Position numbers and translations under genes: made by a program. Positions 54,762-64,000 of a stretch of 64,000 nucleotides of DNA are shown here, one piece after another. This DNA is from Octopus sinensis (taxonomy: Eukaryota). The notes under the pieces were generated by a model. It saw only the letters and a program-made list of their open reading frames with translations, made no database searches and was not told the DNA's origin. Each line of letters opens with the position of its first letter. The stretch's first letter is position 1. Where the stretch lies: NCBI RefSeq assembly GCF_006345805.1, contig NC_043004.1, forward strand, positions 22,134,001 through 22,198,000, written 5' to 3'.

Positions 54762-55658
54762 TATCCTCTCGCAAAATTTCAGTTTTGAATGTTAAACGCT
54801 TTTGCAATCGATGAGCATTTCTTGCTATGAAGTAGAAAATTCCATTCCAAATCATTTGATTCTTCAATTTCCCTGACGGTGGATTCTATGTGATACATAA
54901 CTGACTTCCTTTAAACCTTTAGAAGTAAGATAATCCCATTTAGAACCGCTCTTCGAATCTATACTAATGACATCACAGATGAAAGAAAAGCAATTTTTCT
55001 TAACCAATAGGGCCACACGTGTAACAATGATTTCTTCGAGCTTCAAAGAATTAAACGGTTGAGTATATTCATTTCGATTATCGAGGCGCATGTCTAGCTG
55101 TAACTTAGCAGTATATTCTGCGAACTACATGGAGATTAAATAATGGATGCAAAAGGGATCATTTGTGTATCAAGATACATTAAACTAGATTCATTATGTG
55201 AATGGATTCACATCAATTATAATTACATTTGAAGTTTTGATTAGTGTATTTATAAACAAGCACATTTTACTCTCAACTAACTGGATAACTGGATCAGTTA
55301 TATTGCAAAGACACTGAAGTGTATTTTATAGTTAAAGCGGCATATTTGATTTATCTTTTGAAATTTCTTCATTTTTAATGCTGTAATATGGAATATTTTG
55401 TTGTTGAGTAAAGAAAACAATGTTTTAAAAGCACCCCACCCAAAAAAAAAAACAACAAGCAAATGCATCCAAAATAAATACACCCAAATGTAGTTTGTAG
55501 AACTTCATACATACTCGATTTCGGTTGAGCGTTCTGTATCTATTTCTGGAAATTGTGTTTTGTAATCTACAGACTACGCTGATGATCTTACAGATGTCTG
55601 CGTGTTTTATGTGGAAAGAACTTTACAGCTGTTTCTGGTATAATATATAGTGCATGAG

Positions 55659-55890
55659 GGTAGCGAGCTGGCAGAATCGTTAGCACACCGGGCGAAATGC
55701 TTAGCGGATTTAGTCTGCTGTAACGTTCTGAGTTCAAATTCCACCGAGGTCGACTTTGCCTTTCATCTTTTCGGGGTCGAATCAATATGTAACTAGTTAC
55801 ACACTGGAGTCATTGTAATTGACTTACTCCCTTTATCTACCCTTGTTCGTCCTCCCCCCTATGTTTAGGCCCCTGTGGGCAATAAAGAAG
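55659..55890 (+). mobile_element. SINE family B (Meta-domain-like), near full-length
   Basis: ggtagcgagctggcagaatcgttagc...gagttcaaattccaccgaggtcgactttgcctttcatcttttcggggtcga. Confidence 0.8.
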
Positions 55891-56644
55891 TAAATATGTA
55901 GTGCACTCAGAGGGGAATACTTCTGCAAACTGCTTGAAACTTATGAAGTTCATCATTCTCTGCTCTTTACTCATTTATTTACTTCCACATTGCGCTCTGT
56001 ATACCACTAATGCATTTTCTGAAGCACATACATATAATAAGCTCCAAATTGAAGTTATTAATATCGTAATACATAAGCGAAGTATGAACACACAAACACA
56101 CACACACATACAAGTTTTCCTTATATTAGCTCTAAAATTTTGTGAGGCATTTTAAACTCTAAAGGCAATTTTCGACAGTTTAACTTGAAAAAAAGTATCT
56201 CGCTTATGGCAAATGATATACGTCTCTCCCCTGTGGCAAAAGCGAACTCCCAAGACGCTGTTTTGGCTTCTTTGCCTTCCTCAGTAGGCTACACTGAAGG
56301 GAGATGACGCTGAGAAAACGCTAAGCAAATTTGAAAGCTTCCAAGTACGATCAGGTTTATTTCTCACTGTTGTCACTTACTGAGGGAGGATAAGGATTGA
56401 GAACTTAATGTGGGAGTCTGAGAGAGGGCAACGCAAATGAAAGAGGGGTTTTTACAAGGTTTTGCATATAAGAATATTTCCTGCTCGATTAATTTCAGGG
56501 AAATTTCCTTTAGAAGTTAAAATATGTCTCAAACTTATGTGAACTAATCTAATAATTCATTCACATCGTTGCTTAGTTGCTGGTGCGATTGCTACTAATA
56601 CTACTACTGCTGGTGCTACTACTACTGTTGCTGCTGCTACTACT

Positions 56645-56675
<31 letters not shown>

Positions 56676-56787
56676 TCATTACTACAGAATATATATATAT
56701 ATATATACACACACATATATATATATATGCATATATATATGTGTGTGTGTGTCTGTTGGTGACTGTGAGTGTATGCGTATAATGTGA

Positions 56788-56960
56788 GGGTTTGTTGCCA
56801 ACTTAATGTGGCAGTCCTAGGGAAAGGAGGAACGCTAGTGCTATTTAGCCCAAGTTCGTTTCCACTTGGCTACGTGACACAAGCGTTCTGTGTTATGAAG
56901 TTTTCAAACAAGGGAGATAAGCACCTCCACCCAGCAAAGCCACCATCAGAGACTAGTTTC
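56788..56960 (-). mobile_element. Non-coding repeat ending in the RTE-type 3' tail
   Basis: Shares aatgtggcagtccta exactly with the RTE end at 3066-3080 and with 29615-29629. Confidence 0.55.
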
Positions 56961-56976
56961 AGAGTTATTGCTCTTA

Positions 56977-58430
56977 CATAAAGGAGGAAGCAGACCAGAT
57001 GCCAAAAACTATAGGCCTAGTTATCTGACTTCATACATCAGCAAAGTCATGAAACGGATAGTCAGAGAGAAACTAATTGCATTCCTTGAAGAAAACGACT
57101 TGCTGAGTGACACGTAACATGGCTTTCGGTCAGGTAGGAGCTGCCTGACCCATCTCTTACAGAAACTATGACTGGGTCTTATGGCAGTTACTCAACGACT
57201 GAAATGTGGATGCATGCCATGACTTTGCAAACGCTTTTGATAACGCGGATCATGGTATACTATGCCACAAACAGCGTGATCTCGGCATAGTTGGAAAACT
57301 TGGAGAGTGGTTACACAACTTTGTGAAAGATAGAAGTCAGACAGTAGTGGCTAATGGAGCCACCTCAATGAAGGTACAAATAGTGACCGGTGTTATACAT
57401 GGCACTGTCTTTGGACCAGTGATTTTCATAATAGCGCTCTAAGATATGTCCTCAGCTGCCCGGATAGCCACTTTTGCTAGCTACGCAGACGATACGAAAG
57501 TCATGCAGAAAATATAGAATCCCAGCGACGTTGCACCCCTGCAGCAGAAGTTGGACTCGATTTACAGATGGGCTGAGGACAATAATATGCAGTTTAATGC
57601 TGACAAGTTCCAAGCCCTGCGCTACCAGCGACCAAAGCTAAATATAAAACTTACACTGGTCCACAGGAGATTACAATCCTAAAGCCTAAATCAGTGAGAG
57701 ACCTGGGTATCGACATGAATGATGGTACCTCTTTCCAAGTGCACATTACCAATATGGCGACAAAGTGCAGACGACTGGTTCGATGGATCCTGAGAACGTT
57801 CAGAACTAGAGAGAAGGAAACCATGATGGTACTCTGGAGGACATCGTCCCAGCCGCCTGGAGTACTGCTTCTCAGCTATGGTTACCCAAGAGGGTAAAAT
57901 TAACAGCGGTCATTGAAGCAATCCGGCGAAGCTTCACAACGAAGATCGTCTCATTGCAACAGCTCAGCTACTGGGAAACGCTGAAACAACTAAGACTCTA
58001 CTTCTTGGAGCGAAGGCGGGAGAGGTATGCAGTAATATACATCTGGAATATCCTGGAAGGAATAGTGGCAACATTTTGGCATTGAAAGCTACACGAATGC
58101 CAGAACGGGTCGACACTGTACAGTGCCAAAGATCACAGCAACACCATCGCGCTTCAGGAGACGTTACTGCAACGGCCTGGGTTTCAGGAACCACAGCTTT
58201 TTAATATTCTCCCAAAGAACCTATGAGCCCTACACAAAGTGGGTGTTGGTGTTTCAAATCAAAACTGGATCTCTCTCCTGTCGAGAGTCCCAAATGAACC
58301 TACCTTGCGGCAAGAAGTGCAAATAAGGGTTGTGACATCAAACACCCTTATTCACCAAATGCCACATATTAGAGGAGGTTATCAATAATAAATGCAAGGC
58401 CACTGCTCTGAGCTGCAATTAAAAAAAAAA
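56977..58430 (+). mobile_element. 5'-truncated, decayed CR1/L2-group LINE (RT to 3' UTR), same family as 60686-64000
   Basis: HKGGSR..AKNYRP; GFRSGRSCLT; DFANAFD; YADDTK (~57482); LERRRERYAVIYIW. Ends in an A-run. Collinear with 63117-64000. Confidence 0.9.
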
Positions 58431-58442
58431 TATAGACAGAAA

Positions 58443-58604
58443 GGCGTAGGAGTGGCTGTGTGGTAAGTAGCTTGCTTAACAATCAGATGGTTCAGGGTTC
58501 AGTCCCACTGCGTAGCACCTTGGGCAAGTGTTTTCTACTATAACCTCGGGCCTACCAAAGCCTTGTGAGTAGATTTGGGAGAGGGAAACTGAAAGAAGCC
58601 CGTC

Positions 58605-58699
<95 letters not shown>

Positions 58700-58966
58700 T
58701 ATATATATATACATATATATAAGTGTGTGTATGTTAGTGTATGTGTGTGTTTATGTGTGACTGTGTTTGTGTGCCTGTGTTTGTCCCCCCACCATCACTT
58801 GACATCTGATGCTAGTGTTTTTACGTCCCCGTAACTAAACGGTTCGGCCAAAGAAACCGATAGAATAAGCACTAGGATGACAAAGAATGAGTCCTGGGGT
58901 CAATTTTTTCGACTAAGTGCGGTGCTCCAGCATGGCCACATTCTAATGACTGAAACAAATAAAACA
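58443..58966 (+). mobile_element. SINE family A, full-length
   Basis: Same head, internal microsatellite and tail as 1772-2176. Confidence 0.85.
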
Positions 58967-58984
58967 AAAATGTAAAACAAAAAG

Positions 58985-59049
<65 letters not shown>

Positions 59050-59507
59050 TCCGGTTCCGTTTTCAGCAGAGAAAGACGTGATTGCCTTTGCTCTGTGAAA
59101 AAGTTTGCATAGAACGGCGAAATAACCTACTGTAGTTGCAAAACGTAAAACTCTAAGTCATAGAGATCACTACAACACTTTGGTTAAAAATATTTAAAAA
59201 AATATATATATAAATATATACATATACACAGTAATTTTCATTTTCGCCGAAACGCACATGGTGCAAAAATAACTAAATCAAGTTATCTCCTGCAAGAAAG
59301 AAAAAGAAGTATCTCTCCTGAAAAAAATCCCGTAAACCAAAAAAAATAATCCAGACCACATTGTTGGATTAAGTATCAATTTCATCTATTTCATATTTTA
59401 TTTATTATTCTATTTTATCTTTCACTTAGGCCCACATCTTAGTTAAAGTTGCGATCGTCATTTTGTTTGTTTACATTTTCAATATCTGTTCTCGATATAA
59501 TAATTTT

Positions 59508-60625
59508 CCAGATACTCTATCTTCTAATTAGCCTTAAGATTAAATTAAATAACGTTTAATATTGATACCGTCAAATTAGCCTTAGGATTAAATTAAATAA
59601 CGTTTAATATTGTTTTAATATTGTTAATAATTATTGTTAATTAGCCTTAAGATTAAATTAAATAACGTTTAATATTGTTTTAATATTGTTAATAATTTTT
59701 CAGATACTCTATCTTCTAATTAGCCCTAAGATTAAATTAAATAACGTTTAATATTAATAACGTCTAATTAGCCTTAGGATTAAATTAAATAACGTTTAAT
59801 ATTGTTAATAATTATTGTTAATTAGCCTTAGGATTAAATTAAATAACGTTTAATATTGTTTAATATTGTTAATAATTACTGTTAATTAGCCTTAAGATTA
59901 AATTAAATAACGTTTAATATTGTTTAATATTGTTAATAATTACTGTTAATTAGCCTTAAGATTAAATTAAATAACGTTTAATATTGTTTTAATATTGTTA
60001 ATAATTCTTCAGATACTCTATCTTCTAATTAGCCTTAAGATTAAATTAAATAACGTTTAATATTACCCACACTCTAATATAATATTAACATTGCTAATAT
60101 ATTTTCAGATACTCTATCTCCTGATTAGCCTTAAGATTAAATAACGTTTTTATCCACACTCTAATATAATATTAATATTGCTAATATATTTTCAGATACT
60201 CTATCTTCTAATTAGCCTTAAGATTAAATTAAATAACGTTTAATATTAATAACGTCTAATTAGCCTTAAGATTAAATTAAATAACGGTTAATATTGCTTA
60301 ATATTGTATATATAATTTTTCAGATACTCTGTCTTCTAATTAGCCTTAAGATTAAATTAAATAACGTTTAATATTACCCACACTCTAATATAATATTAAT
60401 ATTGCTAATATATTTTCAGATACTCTATCTCCTAATTAGCCTTAAGATTAAAACGTTTTTATCCACACTCTAATATAATATAATATTGCTAATACATTTT
60501 CAGATACTCTATCCCCTAATTAGCCTTAAGATTAAATAACGTTTTTACCCAATAACGTTTTTACACAAACTTTAATATTGTTAATATTTCTTTTTCAAGT
60601 ACTCTATCTTCTAATTAGCCTTAAT
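59508..60625 (+). repeat. Modular tandem array (16 copies of a TTAGCC(T/C)TA core) forming the putative 5' UTR of the LINE
   Basis: Cores at 59528, 59576, 59641, 59720, 59768, 59822, 59886, 59950, 60029, 60125, 60212, 60260, 60340, 60436, 60520 and 60615; spacing 48-96 nt; ends about 60 nt before the ORF1 ATG. Confidence 0.85.
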
Positions 60626-60685
60626 ATCTTCCTGTCTTCTCTCGAACATAATTAGATAGATAAACGGATAGACGGATTATCCAGC

Positions 60686-61624
60686 ATGTCCAGAGCATGG
60701 AGACGTGACGAGCTGGATTTATTCGTACGAGCATGGGAGTGCGCCGGCGGAGATAGCCCTAGCGAGGTGATTGCGGCTGCGCTGAAGAGCAGAGGCTACA
60801 AGAGGACGGCGGCTCAGATGGAGCGAAAGAGACAGGAATTCGTGCGCTCATATGCGCTTGTACGGTCGCACATTGGCGCACTTGATGCCATCTTTGAGAA
60901 CGAGCGGGGCAAAGATGGCAAGAATGGAGACGATGAAAGAAGTCACCCCCACCTGGTGGACGCCCGGGAGGAGGTTTTGAATGGGAAACCTGCCCGGGAA
61001 GTGAACCCAGGTGCAAGTTCTCCAACCGGCAGCAAGGGCCATGGAGACGGAGAACCCGGTGAAGAGGTAGAGGGAGGAAGAAGAACTAAAAGAAGGACTG
61101 GAAGAGCTAAAGGAAAAGAAAAAGCTCAAGCAGGACAAAAGAGTGAAACAGCCAGAAATAGAAGTGGAACCGCAAAGGATGGAACCAAACAGCGCACACG
61201 GGTGTGTATGTTCTACCTGAGAGGTTCCTGCTGGCATGGAAAGGAAGGTGCAGGCTGCCGCTTTGCACATCGGGGACCCTGCCACAGAGACACGAGGCAG
61301 ATGGACAAACCATCAACACAAAGAAAAGGGATGGACCACGCACCACCTGCCCCAAAGCGGAGGTACGCAGATGTTGTGCGCGCCACAAACAGCCAACATG
61401 ATGTTGTCGAAAGAGCAGCTGCTGAGCAACAATCTTTTTTGTGCATGGCACAAAAGATTGTACAGCAGCTGACCTGGCTTCATCAAACCAAGCCCGCAGG
61501 TGGGACTACCCACTATATACCAGACCACCACAGCAAACAGACACAGGATGGACACCGCCGGCAACAACGTACACCTCACCTCGATACTCCTACTGAACAT
61601 CAGAGGACTGCAAACACTCAGTAA
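60686..61624 (+). CDS. LINE ORF1 (312 aa): N-terminal Myb/SANT trihelix-like domain, basic linker, CCCH zinc finger
   Basis: Uninterrupted ATG-to-TAA ORF directly upstream of ORF2. WRRDELDLFVRAW..IAAALKSRGYKRTAAQMERK..Y; C-x7-C-x8-C-x3-H at 61205-61270. Confidence 0.8.
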   Translation: MSRAWRRDELDLFVRAWECAGGDSPSEVIAAALKSRGYKRTAAQMERKRQEFVRSYALVRSHIGALDAIFENERGKDGKNGDDERSHPHLVDAREEVLNGKPAREVNPGASSPTGSKGHGDGEPGEEVEGGRRTKRRTGRAKGKEKAQAGQKSETARNRSGTAKDGTKQRTRVCMFYLRGSCWHGKEGAGCRFAHRGPCHRDTRQMDKPSTQRKGMDHAPPAPKRRYADVVRATNSQHDVVERAAAEQQSFLCMAQKIVQQLTWLHQTKPAGGTTHYIPDHHSKQTQDGHRRQQRTPHLDTPTEHQRTANTQ

Positions 61625-64000
61625 CAGGACAAAGATCCCGTTCCTGAGAGACTTTGTTGCGTGCAATCAAGCCATATGCATAGCACTTACAGAAACGCAC
61701 CTGAAACCGGACATAGCAGATGCGGAGTTACACATACCACAGTATGCTGTACTACGGACCGACAGAAAAGAAAGGAGTCATGGAGGTGTTGCTATGTACA
61801 TCCGTGAGGACCTCACACCCCAGGTCCTCTTGTCATACTCAAACTCGGTGTGTGACACACTAATTGTACATATTAAGCAACTTGATGTAGTTGTGTGTGC
61901 TACATATCGCCCTCCAGATGCCCCAAGCCATGTGGGCAAGTTTGAAGACTGCCTTATAAAAATAGAAGAAATTCTAACCACATTAGAACAACACATAGGT
62001 GTGCTTCTTATGGAGACTTCAATCTGCCCAATGTCAGATGGCCCGAGGGCCTTTCTCTCCCAGGAATGACAAGATGTGAACGAGGACAGGCGAGGTCCCT
62101 TCTGAACCTCATCAACACCCTGTACATGGAGCAGGTAATACTCCAACCAACCAGGGCAGGTAACACACTGGATCTCTGCTTCACAAATGACATGGATCTC
62201 ATCCATAATGTGAAAGTGACACCGACACTACTCTCGGATCACAACATGATAGAGCTGACCATGTACGGGCCAAAAGAGAGCACGGACATGCAGCCTACAA
62301 GAAACCCTCAAAATCTTCCAGCTTGAACTACCATAAGGCAAACTGGAAACAAATTGAGAAAGAGATCCTCAAACAAAACTGGCCTAAATGTCTCTCCTCG
62401 CCAGACATCGACGTGAAACTTCAACAATTCATGTCTGTAATGCAAGCCATATGCTACAAATGTGTCCCAGAGAGAAGGCCACTGTACACAAGAACAAAAT
62501 CCCCAGAGAGAGGAAAATCTTAATGAGACGGCGTACGAAATTTTCAAATCGCCTAAACAAACAGATTGAAAGCAGTGAAAAGTCCCGCCTAAAAATAAAA
62601 CTGTTGGAAATCGAAAAATGTCTGCAACTCTCCCATGAAAAAGAAAGAGCAGACAAGAAGCCTGGGCTATAGAAAACATAAAATCTAACCCCAGAGCTTT
62701 CTACAGGTATGCCAAAGAAACAGCTACAGTGCACTGTAGAATAGGGTCACTCCTCGAAAAGGATGGCACACTTACAGGAAAACCAATGAGGGTAAGTGAA
62801 ATACTGAATGAGCAATTCAAGAGTGTTTTCACTCCACCCCTTGGGCATCTCCAAATCACCAATCCAACTGACTTTTTTACCACTGCAGATATAAAATCAG
62901 AGGCGGCGACGATAGATTACATCGATATAAAGGAAGACGATGCAACCAAGGCTATAGATGAAATGAAAACAGACTCAGCTACTGGCCCCGATGGATTCCC
63001 GGCAATCCTCCTAAAAGCATGTAAGAGAGTCCTAGCAAGACCACTGCAGTTCCTCTTTCAGAGCTTCCTTGCAGCTGGCAAACTTCCAGGAAAACTGAAG
63101 GAAGGTAAAATATGCCCCATTCATAAAGGAGGTAGCAGAGCGGAAGCCAAGAACTATAGACCTATCTCTCTGACCTTACACATCAGCAAGGTCATGGAAC
63201 GAATAGTCAGAAGGAAGCTGATCACCTTCCTTGAAGAGAATGACTTGCTGCCCGACACCCAACATGGTTTCCGACCAGGGAGAAGCTGTTTAACTCAGCT
63301 CCTACAACACTATGACTGGGTGCTGAAACGGCTGCTCAACCACTGAAATGTGGAAGTGATATATCTCGACTTTGCAAAGGCCTTTGATAAAGTCGATCAT
63401 GGAATGATATGTCACAAACTGCGTGATCTCAACATAGTTGGAAAACTGGGAGAATAGCTTCATGACTTTCTGAAGGATAGAAGTCAGGTGGTAGTAGCCA
63501 ATGGGGCCACCTCCATTAACACACAAATAGTGAGCGGTGTTCCGCAGGGCACTGTTCTGGGACCACTACTGTTCATAATGGCCCTCTCAGACATGCCCTC
63601 AGCCACGCAGAGAGCCACGATCACAAGTTATGCAGATGATACAAAAGTTTCACAGGCAATACATAACCCTGGGGACACTAAACACCTGCAATGTGAGCTG
63701 GACGAAATATACAAGTGGGCTGAAAAGAATAGCATGCAGTTCAATGCTGGAAAGTTTCAAGCTTTATACTATCAGCATGCAAAACTGAATGCAATACCCA
63801 ATGAATACACTGGACCCGGAGGGATTGCAATCCCAGAGGCACAATCAGTGCGTGACCTGGGTATTCACATGAGTGATGACGCGACCTTTCATGTACATGT
63901 TGCTAAACTGACAATGAAATGTAGACGGCTGGCTGGATGGATTCTTAGAACCTTTAGAACAAGAGAACAAGAAACCATGATGGTCCTCTGGAAGACACCT
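61548..64000 (+). pseudogene. LINE ORF2 (APE endonuclease + reverse transcriptase), CR1/L2 group; 4 frameshifts and 2 stops; runs off the window
   Basis: APE motifs NIRGL, TETHL, YRPP, (G)DFN, TLDL, SDH. RT motifs GPDG, NYRPISL, QHGFRPGRSC, LDFAKAFDKVDH, GVPQGTVLGP, YADD (63629-63640). Stops at 63344 and 63455. Confidence 0.95.

Noticed and set aside
59508-60625. CRISPR-like look (constant repeat with variable spacing)
   Set aside because: The spacers are reused modules rather than unique sequences, lengths vary widely, there are no cas genes, and the context is eukaryotic.
59508-60625. Telomere-like repeat (TTAGCC/TTAGG)
   Set aside because: The motif occurs once per 48-96-nt unit, not as a contiguous short tandem.
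60759-62883. Overlapping antisense and alternate-frame ORFs within the LINE
   Set aside because: They are shadows of the GC-richer coding strand and show no recognisable domains.

Overview
AT-rich, microsatellite-dense eukaryotic DNA, almost all transposon-derived. The SINE families and simple-repeat density suggest an octopus/cephalopod genome (inference from recall, no database search). No host protein-coding gene could be supported; there are only weak exon-like and TIR-like candidates. Most ORFs in the six-frame track are microsatellite or antisense artefacts. Recognisable elements: several tRNA-type SINE families; a degraded Ty3/Gypsy element with a 234-bp 3' LTR and PPT (13.2-15.9 kb); RTE and R4/Dong-like LINE fragments; Penelope-like remnants; a DD37D (maT) Tc1/mariner fragment; two back-to-back mariner 3' halves; a piggyBac transposase relic split by a SINE; and two copies of a CR1/L2-group LINE. 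Two observations stand out. (1) A 280-bp, ~95% identical palindrome at 54405-54684 carries on each arm a complete minimal type I hammerhead-ribozyme fold with a compensatory G3/C8 core (GUGAACA); a second core variant (CCGACGA) lies at 32816-32850. (2) A near full-length LINE at ~59.4-64 kb has an intact ORF1 joining a Myb/SANT trihelix-like domain to a CCCH zinc finger, preceded by a 1.1-kb ATG-free array of 16 modular repeats.
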